A DNA stretch of 64,000 nucleotides, taken from Eledone cirrhosa. Lineage: Eukaryota. The stretch covers positions 27,032,001-27,096,000 of the forward strand of contig OZ024742.1 of NCBI GenBank assembly GCA_964016885.1, written 5' to 3'. A program made the translations under genes and the position numbers. A model generated the notes under the pieces. The model was not told the origin of the DNA. It saw only the letters and a list, made by a program, of their open reading frames with translations, and did not search any database. Shown one piece after another: positions 44,807-60,005 of the stretch; position 1 is the first letter of the stretch; every line of letters begins with the position of its first letter.

Positions 44807-46864
44807 GAGAGATTTCCGTGATACATACAGCGTAAGTGTGCGATAGCTATGCATAGGAATATGAATGTATGTTTGATCTGAGATGCCTAGTGCTATCCTG
44901 CGTCACAAAATGCCAGATACAAATGTATCATACTTACTTCTCCATACACCTATTGCATTCTCTTCTGCTACTAAACTAAACCTTCCTATTACTCATATAT
45001 ATGTGCTTTCTCAAATAAACTATAACCACACAAAGATTGCAATTTATATAGATTTTAATCGAATTATTGTGGTAAAATCAATAATATAAAATATATTTTA
45101 ATATAAGATTCATTTGAGCACCCTAAACCCTGGCTTGCGTCACATAGTTACGTCCATTTCCAACCACTGTTCAAACCTTTCCAATGTCAAATTTCCTTTT
45201 TCTATTTGATTTGATTTTGATAAAATAAATACTAGGACCACTCTAATCGAAAACGTCTCCCCCTACCAAATTTCTGGCCACGTGCCTAGATTATAAATCA
45301 ATATATAATTTATTTGCAATATCTGAGTGTATACTGGAAAACTTTATTGGTTATCAGAAAATAATTATCTTCTTTCCCTTGGTACAGACCATCTGAGACT
45401 ATAATGTAATTTACACTGAATATAATAAATGTTTTCATATGGCTCTGAAGACAACAATAACCTATTTCAATTATCTCATAGACTTTCACCAACTTAACGT
45501 TTCCTTCATTAATTTCTCTTATTTATTTCTCTTATTTATTTCTGAAGACTCCGGACGGTGGATTGACAAGGCTTCGCATTTAATGTCTTCAAGTATTTCA
45601 GTTAATTTGTTTATAACTTTGAAGTTCAAATCTCGCCAAAGTCGTGTCAATCTTTCGTTCAGCCAGAGTCAGTTAAATAAAGTTCGAGACATTTGTCTGC
45701 GTAAGCTCATAACACACTCGTGACGGGGACATAGGGGCGCCATAATGACATGCGGCGTTTCTAGGGTATTCTTTAAAACTTGGCAGAATTCAACTCCTCT
45801 CCAGGTCTGAAAAATGTAAATTTATTCCAGACAGGGATTAAGAGAGTGGGAGAAGGGAAGTACCAAAGAGATACAAAGGTAAAATGGACCCCAGCATTAG
45901 ACTGGTACTTTTTCTTTATCGATCTTGAATGGATGATAGGTAACATTGACGTCGGCGGCATTTGAACTCAGACAACCGAGACGAATGCCGCAAAGCATTC
46001 TATCCGGCTTACGAATGACTCTGCTAATTCGCCGCCTCTTCTAGACACTTAGACACTTACTGTCGGAGATCATACTTTACGGCATACTTATGTCCCTTAA
46101 CCTTCTGAGTTCAAATTCCACCGAGGTTAGCTTTGCTCTTCATCCTTACGGGATCGATAAAAAAGTACCAGTAACGTACTTAATTCGATTTAATCAACTT
46201 TCCCCCTCCCCCAAATTTGCTGGCCACCTACCTAAACCGGTTACAGCCGGTTCTTGTGTGTAAGGATACACAAATTCTGATGACGTAGCAATCCGTGTGT
46301 AGTAGCAAGTTAACACAGAAATTTAATCGATTACAATCTATTGGAACATATGTGTCTTTGTGACTAAGGACATCAACTATTACATGACGCAATACATTGA
46401 GTGGTGTATGATCTTCCCAAAGAATATAAGTTCCATATATGCGGGAACTTTCCTTTTAGTTATACACGTAAAATCGGAATGAGAGCAGCACCTCTGAGGC
46501 AGGAACCCAGTGGGTTGGAGTTCCTGTTGCAGTGAGTGTGGCTGGTCATTATCTGCGACAATACCTTTGCCATTTAATCCACAGGGCGCAGCCGAAACAC
46601 CACTTTGAGTTAAGTGTAGAGTCCGTCACCCTCTCCGCTTCCCTCTTTCTTTCTTTCGTTGCTTAATAATCTTTACCGTTTCCCTTATTTTCTTCTCATT
46701 TATAGTCTTTTGTAATATTACTTTCTTTTTTTTTTCATGTTTGACTAAATATTAAATAATTTATTACTTTTATGTAATCTTAAAATAAGTATTTTAAAAA
46801 GTAATAAATAAATTGTATACATATGGGAGTGGAAATCAGGATATATAAAGAACTAAAAAAAAAT

Positions 46865-47070
46865 GCCAGGCAGTAATCGGCTGAGCGTCGGACATCATGC
46901 CTTACGGCTTAGTTATGTCCCTTTATGTTCTGAGTTCAAATTTCACCGATGTTAGCTTTACCTTTCATCCTTACGGGGTCGATAAAATAAAACACCAGCA
47001 ACGTACTGAGGTCGATTTAATCAATTTCGTCTCCCCTAAAATTGTTGGACTCGTGTTTGAATCAGAAACA
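46865..47070 (+). mobile_element. Family-A SINE (further copies at 21785, 45880, 46060, 48050, 53535, 61060)
   Basis: ttcatccttacggggtcgataaaataaa core. Confidence 0.8.
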
Positions 47071-48846
47071 AATATTTCCTTTTATCATGTGTGCTGGTTT
47101 GTTGGAATCAGTCATGCGTCAAATAAAATATATTTCATTACGGTCCTCTAAGTTCTGATTTCAAATCCCCTGAGCTTAACTTTGTAATATATTCTTCTGG
47201 GATTGATGAAATAAATCACCTCTTAAGTACTGAGATTGGTGTAATCGACTACCCCACCCCATCTCAAATTTCTGGTATTGTGCTGAATTTGCAAACTATT
47301 ATTTCGTTACATAATTTGCTAAATTCCTGCCCACGTTAACTTTGTCTCTCAGCAAATATATAATTAAGAAAGATTTGGAGTTGTTTAATCAACGATACTC
47401 AAGGTCACTGTAAATTCGTTCTGCTGTTTCTAGAAGGATCTCTTTCCAAAGAGGAGCTCTAGAATCATTATCTAGATCTACATATAAAAATGATAAAACT
47501 CATCGCTAGAACAACCGCTAACACAGTTAGATGTTGTCAAAGATGGGCAGAAATGCAGTTGACAATATTTAGCTGTTTTAAGAGTTGTTCCAGCGATGAG
47601 TTTTCTCATTTCTATATGTATGCAAATACACTCCCGCTTCGTCTCAGAGACATCGCTATTTCATTTATTTAGATACATACACACATTTATATATTCATAT
47701 TTTAAAGAAATGAGAGAAAATGCTACCAAATGGGGATACTGAAGTTCCTCTATAATAACTGATGAGTCAAGCCATCAAACTCATAGCAATGTCATGGCTG
47801 ATGTTGGGTCTAAAGCCCTAATATAACCAAGTAGTCTTGCGGGATAAGGAGTTATATAGTCATTGACCTCGTTTTCAAAAGTGAAGTCCGACCATAGGTC
47901 TCAGTGTGTTACATCGCACATACATACATATATATATATGTGTGTTCTTGTGTGTATGTGTTATTATTTCGGTTACTGAAATAATAACACATATACACAC
48001 ACATATTCGTATATCTGTGCGATGAACTACACTCAAATGCATGGAGGGCCTTAGGGTCGGACGCCTTGCTTTGACGCATATAGTTATGGCCCTTGCAATT
48101 CTGAGTTCAAATCCCGCCGGGGTTAACTTTGCCTTTCATCCTTACGGGGTCGATAAAATAAAGTACCAGCAATACACTGGAATAATTGCTGGCCTTATGC
48201 CAAAAGTAGAAACAATTATTTATATTACTGAAAGAAATACCTTTGACCAAGTATCACAGTGGTTTTGCGAGAAGGCTACGTTAGAGTTTGTGAAGGTGCG
48301 AGGTTTCGTAGTCAGGGCGTACGTGTCTCTATCTTATGGACGTGTTTGACACCCAGTAGCGCAATATTTTCTTGAGCAAGGCAATTCAGTAAACAATACT
48401 ACAATCAACTCAGCCATCAAAAAGGTATTCAAAGGGCCAGCCTCGTCACATCGTTTTTCACGTTGAATTTCCCTGAGAAATATTTGAGAGAACACGTGTC
48501 AGTGAAATATTCAGCCACATTCCTGTTAATTTTACCAACTGACTGTTCAGTTGATCGAACAAATGGAACATATTTCATCGGAACCGATGCAGGTTTATCG
48601 ATCTTTAGATTAATGAATTGTATATGAAATAATCTAGCAATTACAATATACTTCAACGAGTATGTATTTCTGTTGATCGAATAACTGGAACACACAAAAT
48701 AAAATCAACATAAAATCTATCATACATACAAACACACACACACAAACATATATATATATATATATAATAAAGGAATTGTGGTAAGGAACCAGTCCAGAAA
48801 AAGCCGTCGAAACGGCTTGATCTCTGCCGCCGGGGTCATACTTTAT

Positions 48847-48953
<107 letters not shown>

Positions 48954-49020
48954 TTGTGTGTGTGTGTTTGTGTATATATAAGTCCATATAGATGTATATG
49001 AATATATATTCATGCATATG

Positions 49021-49053
<33 letters not shown>

Positions 49054-49400
49054 GCATTTATATATATATACGTGTGAGTGTGTGTCTATGCACGTTGGTG
49101 TATGCTTTAATATGCTATAAGTATGGAGAGCGGTGCACACCGTATGAGACGGTGTAAAAATCAAGTCCGTTGTCATACAAGAGTAAAAATGTCGGCAAGG
49201 TCTCCTAGTTATGATAGGTTCCATTCCCATCAGACGATACTTTCATTACATTTCCATATATTATGCGGAGACACATTTCTTCTAATCATATATATATATA
49301 TATTTATAGGAGAGTGTGTGTATGCATATATATATATACATGTTTATATACACAATGAAATTATGTATTTACGTGTTTCCTTATGTATGCATATATACAC

Positions 49401-49433
<33 letters not shown>

Positions 49434-49658
49434 GTAGTGTATGTGTGTGTGTGTGTGCGTGTGTGTGTATGTTTGCGTGTGTGTGTAATACTGACGTTGT
49501 ACACCAAGATATGATAGACAGTAGACTGCACTGTGAAAAATATAACATTGGTCGGTTTTCTCCAATACATTCATACAATTAGTCTGATTGAATTTCCATA
49601 TAGGTATAGGTCTACCTAGTGACCTCTGGTCACTCAGCATTTCTCACACCTACTACTA

Positions 49659-49730
<72 letters not shown>

Positions 49731-49824
49731 TGTAGGTGTGTATATCAGATGTATGTATATATAAAATATGTGTGCGTGTTTATGCATATATAAACATATA
49801 CGCACGCACACACACACACTTATA

Positions 49825-50721
49825 CGAGGTGAGTCGAAAAAGTTCCGGGACTGATGTCACAAAATATATATTTCAAACCCAAGCTTCACACTTGGAGTTT
49901 TCTCTTTCAAAGTAATCCCCCTGGAGTCTAATGCACTTTTCCATCCCTTTCTGCCACGATTGCATGCACTCCTGGAAGGATTCTTCTGGGATCCTCCGCA
50001 GTTCCGTCGTCACTGCCTTTTTGATGTCGTCCACGTCTTCAAAACGGGTCGCCACCGGGTCGTACTCGAAGATCCATGACTCATCACCGGCGATGACTGT
50101 CCCTAGCAAGTCTGGTTCGATTTCAAGACGCTCGAGGATGTCCTGGCACACTTGCATGCGTCGACAATTCTGGTCATCGTTCAGCAGTTTTGGCACCATC
50201 TTCGCGCAGACTTTCCGCATGTCCAAAACTTCAGTGAGAATCTTCCAGACGCTGTCCCGATTCATGCCCAGCTCATTTGCCATCAGTCGAACAGTCAGCC
50301 GATCATCGTTACGCACCATCTGCCTGACGCGCTCAACGTTAACCTTATTCCTGGTTGTTGAGGGCCTTCCGTTCCTGGGGTCATCTTCCACGTCCTCGTG
50401 TCCTTCTTTAACCCTTTTTCACCACTCAAAAACACGTGAGCGTGACATCGTCGTATCTCGATACACTTGCTGCAGCAATCCCAGTGATTCTGACGGAGTT
50501 TTCCCCAACCATTCGTTGCTCTGTGCTCATTGCTTGACGACCTGAAACAGAGGACATGGATATAACATTATGAAGAAAAAAGTTTGATCGTTGCAGAGAG
50601 CTAAGATTACAGTTACATACTCCAGGGGGCTTACTCTGAAGGAGAAAATTCTTAGTATGAAGTTTGGGTTTGAAATAAATCTTTTGTGACATCAGTCCTA
50701 GAACTTTTCTGACACACCTCC
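49825..50721 (-). mobile_element. Mariner transposon with an internally deleted transposase
   Basis: ~65-bp TIRs (cgaggtgagtcgaaaaagttcc.. / ..gaacttttctgacacacctcc), TA TSD; ORF EDDPRNGRPST, VCAKMVPKLL, AGDESWIFEYDP joined directly to RFEDVDDIKKAV, so the later catalytic Asp region is lost. Confidence 0.93.
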
Positions 50722-51814
50722 TATATATATGTATATGTGTGTGTGTGTGTGTGTGTATTTCTGTGCCTGTATGTATATAAATGCGTATGTCTTGGACAAT
50801 ATCGGTGACGTCATGAGGGGAGACTTGTATGCATGGACAACTGCTGGTCTTCCACAAAGCAAAGCTTGCCCAGGTTTTTGCCTTAAAGGAACACTTTCTA
50901 GATACAAAAAAACCATGGCCATTAGTGACCGATGATGACCTTTTCTGTATATAAATATCAATGTCTATTTAGGTATCATCTGTGAGCAGGAGAAATTCGA
51001 TTATATTGACTCAGTACAGGGAAGGACGGAAACCCAAACTGTCTTAGGTGGGATTTGATCTCAGAATTTTATGGCCTCTGATTAAATGGTGTAAAATATT
51101 TTGTCCGATGTATTATTGATTCTACTAATACACTGTCTTGTATATTTCTGTAATAATCAAGGAGAATTTCTGGGCGTTTGTCCACGTGGCTTTCTATGTT
51201 CGATCGCCGTTATATTTAGTTATTAAAGGAAATAAATCCTAACATCTAATATGCCTTACCAGGTCCTGCCATTCTCTCGACACCAACGAAAGTGTGTCTA
51301 TTATTTATAAGCAGTTCTCTACATTCTGTCCTCCTTGAATAAATGTTATGGTGTTTCCAAGAACCGAAAAACTAGCGAAAAAACTGTTTTATTAAACATG
51401 TCAGTTGTCAGTACGCTTTCGAATCTTATCTCTACTGAACTGTTTCAATCACAAAAGTTCGTAGGCTGACCAACATACCCTCATGGAATGACTAAATGAG
51501 GTTTATCTTTCAACATAGTACCTGCAAAGAAACAATGCAGTTTTTAATAAAAGGAGTTGAAAGTAATGCACGTAAGATTTCACAGCGTTAGTGTCAGTAC
51601 TTCATAGGGTGACCAACATACACTCATGGAATGACCAAATAAGGTTTATTTTTCAATCTAGTCCGTAGGAAGAAACGATGCAGTTATTAATAAAAAGAGT
51701 TAAAATTAATGCATGCTAGATCTCATAGCCCTAGCATCACTCATATATCGTCAGCCTATGAACTTTTCAGTGATTAGGTAAATGTTCCACACTTACGTGT
51801 AAACTTAGTGAAGG

Positions 51815-52130
51815 CACGTGGTTTTGTGGTTAGGGTATTCGGCTCACGATAACGGCGTGACTTCAAATCACGGCGGCGCGTTGTCTCCTTAAACAAGACA
51901 CTTTATTTGACGATGCTCCTGTCCACTCAGATGTCAAAAAATAAGCTGTGCCTGCAATTCGAAGGGCCAGTCTTGTCACATTCTGTGTCACACTGAAACT
52001 CCTTAAGAACTGCGTTAAATATAGATGTGTTTGTGGAATGCTCAGCCACTTGCACGTTAATTTCACGAGCAGTGTGTTCTGTTGATCGTATCAACAGAAA
52101 TACTCGTCGTCGTAACCGATAGAGTACCAC
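51815..52130. mobile_element. Composite SINE (family-B head plus a second repeat also at 18610, 48430 and 60170)
   Basis: gggccagtcttgtcacattctgtgtcac...ggaatgctcagccacttg recurs. Confidence 0.65.
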
Positions 52131-53023
52131 TACTATTACGTGTAAACTTAACGTAATTCTTAGGGACATTCAGCAAGACACAGTATGTAATAAAGTTGGC
52201 CCTTTGGATTGCATGTACAGTTAATCCGGCAAGCTTCGAAACAGTTTCTATCAACCAAATCTAACTTACAAAGCAGGACGCTATGTTAAATGTCACATTC
52301 GCTTACCTTATTATTGCGAAGCGAAATCCTTAAGCATAGGGTAAGCTGCATCGGCTCCAGCTTTATAGCATCCAAAGCAATACCATTGGTCATCCCATTA
52401 CCACCGGAGTTTAAATAATTGATCGTTAGAAATAGACGTCAATCGTTAGGTGTATGTTTTTTTTGTGATTTTACGGGCAAATCTACCCGGCAGGTGACTC
52501 AAGGGTAGATCATGAGGAAGAAGGTTGGATAACATCCATGACCTTGGCTGGTCTCACTTGGGGATCCAGCCGTATCAGTTGCAGATGGTTGCTTCTGACA
52601 GGGCCCGTTAGAAGGATTGTTTGAGGGCTCTGCTCCCGCACACCTTTCAGGAATAAGTGGGGGAAGAGAGAAGATGAGGAAGAAAAAGAAAAAGACGAGA
52701 TTAATATATGTTATTATCGGTGTCTTTAATTTTAGCATAGTCTTGCGTTGTGACTAATGCGTCTATCATTAGTGGTTATTTTCTATAGAATAAGCGACTG
52801 TTTACAAATGTTTTCTAATCTAGTTTTGCTTTTTGTTGTTCACAAAACGCCAAGACAAAGGATGTGATCGTGACGTTCGAGAAAAAAATAATCATGGCTT
52901 TACCAAAGTAACTGTACCAAATACACGCAGGGAAAGTGTTTTATATTATAAAATAATTTGATATAAATCTAAATATGTTGAATTAAATAGATAAAAGTAG
53001 AACATAAACGCGCTGCTAAAATC

Positions 53024-53093
<70 letters not shown>

Positions 53094-53125
53094 TTATGTA
53101 TATATATATATATATAAATTTATAA

Positions 53126-53170
<45 letters not shown>

Positions 53171-53315
53171 TGTGTGTGTGTGTGTGTAGTTGCGTAAATG
53201 TCGCGCACCAGTAAAATAACACTGCCATAATCATATTTGTTATTTTTGTAACGAAATCTGATAAATGTTCACATAATGTTGATGGGTTGGTGTCTGACCT
53301 TTCCGTCTCCCTCTC

Positions 53316-53392
<77 letters not shown>

Positions 53393-54379
53393 GTGTGTGT
53401 GTGTTGTCGCATTGCGTCGTTTCCAACGAGGTGTGTTCCATGTGATTTGCTCAACGGAGTCGATTTAATCGACTCTCCTCTTCATCGAAATTGTTGGACT
53501 TGTGCCTAAATCAGAAACCATTATTATATATGAATTGTCAGTATCAGTAGAGGGTCAGACATGTTTTGCAGCATAGTTACTTCCCTTTACGATCTGAGTT
53601 CAAATCCCGCCGAGGTTAACTTTGCCTTTCCTCCTTACGGGGTCGATAAAATAAAGTACCAATAAAGTACTGGTTAATTTCCTGGCCTTGTGCCAAAAGT
53701 AGAAACAATAATTATATATACATATATTTGTGCTTGTGTGTTTGTGTGTATATATTTTTTTGAAAGAATGTTCCCGTACTTGTTCTGTTTCTTGTAATGG
53801 TACTTTCTGTGTCTTGTGCTGTTCATTGTATCAATGTTACATCTGCAGTGGTAAACGATGTAGCTCAACATGCATAGCTGACACATTAGATTAATTCCCC
53901 ATAATACATATACGTGTATCTTTTATTATCCATTTACTTTCGTCATGTATTTATATTCCATGTTAATCTAAAATAATATAATTTTTCATAAGAAGTAAAT
54001 ACGAGTAATATATGCGATCAGTGTTTGAAAAAAATATAGCAAAATAATATTAAAATTTATAATATAAAAAAAAAAAAAAAGTATTATTTGAAGTGAATAT
54101 TAATAAAATCAAATCTATGTCGTTCGGAATAATTGCCAAAATATTGGACCATATCTCCAGGAACGTGTATAAAGTAAATACATAAACCTCTCTTTTCGTT
54201 TTTCTCTCTCTTTCTTTCAGACCTACACTACCTCTTCCACAAACTCTCAATCTATCCTTTCGTTCTCTCTCAGATAATCTCTCACACACCATTTCCATCT
54301 CTATCCCCGTCTTTCAGTCAAGTTATCTCTTTCTTACTTTAGCTGACTACCTAGCAGACAAACTATTCATCTCTCTCTC

Positions 54380-54458
<79 letters not shown>

Positions 54459-55013
54459 ATACACGTTGTCTCGGAATATTTCTCGATGTACGATAAATAC
54501 TAGATTGTGATATTTTACAAGTATGCCAACCACGCTTACTCTGGCAATTCTCTTGTATTCTAACCAAAAAGTTCCGAGAGAGAGACAGAAACTGGGAGAG
54601 AGAGAGAGAGAGAGAGAGTGAGAGTGAGAGAGAAAGAATGAGGGCAGCAGCAACGAAACAAACAAGTCTTCTCCACATCATTGACTCCGTCTCTCTCTTC
54701 TTTCCTTAATGACCAGAACTACGACTTTTGCAAAGACTGATCCACATTTCTGTAATAAATTCAACCACTTAGATATTAATTTAACGAGTATGGATTTCTC
54801 TTGACCTAACAGCTCCATATTCCTCGTCAAAACCGATGTAAGACCAACCATTATTATATTTATATGTAATCCTGATGAAAAAAAAAACCTTTCTAAAAGT
54901 GTTCCAGTGTATAATGTTTTGTATGTTTTAATCAAAAATATTTATGTTTCTTCAAATTAGAAATTTCACTCACCGAATCAACCATCTTTACGTAATTTTC
55001 TACTTAGCACAGC

Positions 55014-55110
55014 TGACTACACACTATAGTATACTTGACTACACACTATAGTATACTTCAATACACACTATTGTAAGGTTGACTACACAGTATATTATAC
55101 TTGACTACAC
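55014..55110. repeat. About 22-bp tandem repeat
   Basis: gactacacactatagtatactt, 4-5 copies. Confidence 0.85.
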
Positions 55111-55205
55111 AGAGATGAAGAGGACATAAAATTAATGTCACGCCTGCTATATTTCCATATATATATATATATATATAATACACGGCATTATTGTAGATTA
55201 TTCTG

Positions 55206-55317
<112 letters not shown>

Positions 55318-55318
55318 C

Positions 55319-55353
<35 letters not shown>

Positions 55354-55534
55354 ATGTGTGTGTGTGTGTGTGTGCATGTGTTTATTTTCGTGTGTATTTG
55401 AATGAATGTTGCTATATATGTATATAGAAATGTTTCTTTCTCTACCCAAACTTTCTGTATATACGCATCTCTCTCCTTTTCTTCCACTCTCACTTTCTTT
55501 CTCTTTCTTCCCTGCTTTCTCTCTTTATATATAT

Positions 55535-55575
<41 letters not shown>

Positions 55576-56849
55576 CATATATATGCATACACACACATAT
55601 ACATGTGTGTGTGTAGGAAAATATGCGTGTCTTTGTGTAGAATAAAAACTGAAAGTATGAAAAATCTCTATTGAGGTAGAATTTATTCAATTAAGGCAAC
55701 ACAGACACAGATATAATCACATATACGTACCCACAGACAGACACATAAACGCAGAGAGACGCACGTGGACCTGTTCTTCTTAATTAATTCGTTGAGAAGT
55801 GTCAGCGTCCATGACTTTTTAGCGTCTCCCAGTCTGGTGATTTTAATGTGGTTGATCTTCAGTAGATTGTTACATTAAAGACAGAAGGGAGAGAGAGAGA
55901 ATGTGTGTGAGGGGAAAGATAGACAGACGGAGAGAGGAGAGGAAGGAGGAGAGGGAGGTGGAGATGGGGGAGGAGGAGAGGGAGTTTCATGTAGTCATTC
56001 GATTTTCTAAAATTAGCACCTAAATCGTCCACAAATTTCACTCTAAAATACATAAAATCTAAAGATATATTGGATGGCGTGGCCCTCAATATACCATGAC
56101 CGAATTAAAGATTGAATTTCCTGGATCAAAAGTATTCGTACACATATCTGCTCTCGTACAGCTTAATAATAAGATTAACCTGTATGTGAATGTTGGAGAA
56201 ATGTCAATGGGTTTCGTCCTGGAATTGGTTGGTTTAGAAATTGGTTGTTACGACATATTCGAGAGAGAGGAGGAAATCAATATTGATGAGGATAGAGAGA
56301 ATATGGAGGCATCAGGAAGACCTGGACAGACGTTGTTTATACTTAAATAATTTACAACAACAGAAGCGGTTGGAAAAGTAGATTTTTGACATTGTGCCAA
56401 ATTTGTTTAGTCGTGAGTGCCAAATGCGATAGTGTCCCTATGTATTATATATGAGGATGTTTTTGAATTTTGGTGTAAAACAGAAACACAAAATTCCAAA
56501 CAGTCAGATACTGAGGTGACTGATATAATTTATGAGTATATATTTATGTGTTAATCTTTGACTTCATTTTCTTGCATTGCCATGAGTGTACATGAATGGA
56601 GCAGTGTTTATAATTATATTAATAGGTTACATGTCTTATCTTATCCATCGACCGTAGGCAATACAGCAAGCACAACTCCACGCCAACAATCTCTGTTTCC
56701 CATCAAGGTTTGTAGATCAACCTTGATAATTTATGTTTCTCAAGATATGTTAATCTGGTATCTGAGCTTTCGTATAGAGGATATCTCCCACAAAATGTGG
56801 TCTGAAACGGCCTCATCTTCTACATGGAGGCAGTGTCCATCAAATCGTG

Positions 56850-57480
56850 TACGGTGTTTAATGGTACAATACCCCTTTGGGACCGAAGCAGGCAAAGATT
56901 TTTCTGAAAATGCGTGCTGCATGGTTGCTGTGGGGTCTTCTTAGCTCTTGGGTCCCGGAACAAAATACCGGCTGGTCACTCCATCATAGGCCCTGGTTCA
57001 ATCAGTTGTGCACACACTTTTGGAATTTTCTCGTATATTTGATTATGAGTGGGATGGGCCTGCCAATGAATATTTTGACGGGTAGTGTAACATCCATCTA
57101 AACGGCTCTGTAGAGGGGAGTGTAAAGTCAAATCTCATAACAATTGATTTGGATAGGTTCTTGTGTTTTTCTAAACAGACTGATTTTAAGTTTGTTTGGT
57201 ATATTGGATATCCAAACCTTATCCAGCTTATAAAATGCATTCTGGTCCCGGCCTCTACGTATTTGCAAGTCCTTTTCTGAGTTCATCATGACGTAATCAA
57301 GTTACTTAAAGTATTGTACTTGCTTTAAGGGTTTCTTGTTTAATGTAGTTATGCTAGTATCAGACTCAGTTTTTTAATCAATTCAGTAGAGTCAAATATG
57401 AGTTGCAGCTGATAGCAGCGCATGAGGGAGCGATTGGGCATTTACTATTTGAATTCAGGGAAGAGCCAAATAATCAGCAA
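56850..57480 (-). pseudogene. Old, degenerate RTE-type LINE RT fragment
   Basis: Minus frame KPLKQVQYFK*LDY..NSEKDLQIR..AFYKLDKVW..KLKISLF and LDGCYT align with the 27.4-28 kb RT. Confidence 0.65.
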
Positions 57481-58542
57481 TGTCTCGATCGGGTATAAAT
57501 TCAGCAGGACTTATTTTATGTTCGATGTGTAATAGTGTGATTTTATGTCAGAATACATATTGAAAAGTACGTTATAAATTAAAATCTAAAGGACTTTCTA
57601 TTACGAAAATTTACCTTCGTACTCTCCTTTAAACTGTATTAATTGTAATGATTTTCCACTTAATAACATGTCTCTGTGTTAAAATCCCATATTTGATTAA
57701 ACGAAAATGATTTTAAGGCTGAACTTTAACATCATATCCATTCTTATATTAGCTACATCCTCTCGACGTATATTTGGAATTTGAGAGAGAGAAAGTGAAG
57801 CCTGCACAAATTCCCAGTCCCTTTGTCTATCGCAGACTTACATCGCTGTATCGACTTGAGAGTTATTGATCACGACATTGTAGCTAGCTACATACTTAAC
57901 AGCTTATACTGTTACAGAATTCTCAAGATATAAAATGTAAGATCTAATAATTTGTCACTTCAGAACCACTATCGCAGGTAGTTATTACCTAATTATAACC
58001 TATATATCCATAATACCATGAATGCTTAGAAATTATTTCAAACTTTTCAATCTTACCATTATTCCTATTGTATATTAAAACACCCAGTTTTAGAAGATTC
58101 CGTTCTTTACACATTAATTTCTTTTAAAATGTTAATTTATTTCCCTTGTACACATTTCATCCATCTTTTAACATAATGTTCCGTCTTCCTTCACGTATTC
58201 ATAATTCAAAATTTTATTAATATACACGTATTACCTTATCCACGTATTTCCATTTCATACATATTTATATAATATTACCCACTTCTGTTTTAATTTATCA
58301 TCCCAATGAAATGTTAAACAGCATTTAGAAAAAAACATCAAACTAGTTGTTATAATGAAATATGTGTTAAATGTTTTGTTTATAATGCTTCGTTTGTACG
58401 ATTGATTGAATATGTCTTAAAGGTGGGAACAAGAAATGTGGAGTAATAATTTCTTTACGTTTTCTACTTCTACTAGATAGGCTTTATATATTTATGTAGA
58501 CAAGAATTTGATATATATATAAGTAATATTATGTCTAGATAG

Positions 58543-58737
58543 GTAAGAGCGGTGAATTGGCAGGAAAGGTAGAGGGTTGGACGCCATGCTTTCTAGCATA
58601 GTTACGTCCCTTTACAGTCTGAGTTCAAATCCCTCCGAGGTTAAATTTGCCTTTCATCCTTACGGGGTCGATAAAATAAAGTACCAGTAATATACTGGGA
58701 TAATTGTTGGCCTTGTGCCAAAAGTAGAAACAATTAT
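58543..58737 (+). mobile_element. Family-A SINE with a 15-bp TSD
   Basis: attatgtctagatag at 58528-58542 and 58733-58747. Confidence 0.9.
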
Positions 58738-59083
58738 GTCTAGATAGCAATTATGTCTTGTTCTAGGTCGTAGACAGTTACCAGGCAAACTTTAATATTT
58801 CCCTAATCAAGGCAGATCATATCTGATGTCGAAACCACTGCAAGTAATTGATTCACAGTTTCCAGGAAACACGCCATCATGCATGTATGCATATATGTAT
58901 ATGCATAAATATGCATGTATGCATATATGTATATGCATAAATATGCATATATGTATATGCATGTATGCATATATGTATATGTGTATATATGCATGTATGC
59001 ATATATGTATATGTGTGTGTATCTCGCCGTCTATCCTTTACTTCACTAATATATATATAATTTATAGATAATATATATGTATG

Positions 59084-59125
<42 letters not shown>

Positions 59126-59749
59126 CTGTGTGTGTGTGTATGTTACCAGGTGAATTACCAACTACTAACTCCACTTTAACTTCTCCATTGTCTGTCTTAG
59201 CCCAACTGGAAAAATTTTAATCTAATGAAGTCGTTGATCTAATCCACACACACCATCCCTACTAATTATTCACTCTATTAAAGCATTACTTCATTATACC
59301 ACATTGTATTTCAATAGATATTACATTGCACTTGATTGGAGTTTAACAAATCAATATGCCTATGTAATATTTCGCCTACCACTGTTTCGACTATAATTTG
59401 CTCTACTATTCTCTCTCTTCCCTCCTCCCAAACTCTCCACCTCTCCTAGCTCTCTTTCTCGCTTTGTTTCTGTCCCTCTTTCTCCCTTACTCTTCTCCCT
59501 CCCTGTCCTATCCTTCTGCCACCTTACTCTCACGTGGTTGCATGTTATCTATGTCTGTATCATTTCCTTTCATCTCACACCTACTCACACATACACAAAT
59601 ATACACAGTCTCTTGCGCTTACTTTTCTGCTGGAGAAGTTTTCATCTTAGAATCGTAGTCTCTTAAGATTCTAATTTATATATATAGCCACAGCCAGCCT
59701 TCTTCCTTGCGGCATTTTATCTATAAAAAATGTCCCGAGTCAGGAGGTC

Positions 59750-60005
59750 TACCACGCCGGTGCTTATCCTGGTTTCCATGGCATTAAGCGACTGAGAATA
59801 CAATACCCACCTCTGAACAGGACGCCAGTCAATCTCGAGGCTAAACCCCAAACTACGGCTGGTATTCATTTCCAGCTGAGAATACTGGAGCAACGTGGAA
59901 TGAATTGTTTTGCTCAAGAACACAATACACAACCCAGTCTAAGAATCGAAGCCACGTCATTATGATGGCAAGTCCAACAACTATACCCCTAGATCACCCA
60001 CCTCC
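59750..60005 (-). mobile_element. SINE family B variant
   Basis: ctggagcaacgtggaatgaattgttttgctcaagaacacaa. Confidence 0.7.

Noticed and set aside
47759-47790. CTGATGAG possible hammerhead core
   Set aside because: No GAAA follows the hairpin.
49931-50545. 204-aa plus-strand ORF
   Set aside because: Antisense shadow of the mariner transposase.
54872-54895. CTGATGA followed by an A-run
   Set aside because: No stem II; better read as a minus-strand splice acceptor.
56096-56350. 84-aa non-repetitive ORF
   Set aside because: No recognisable motif or splice context; length is compatible with chance.
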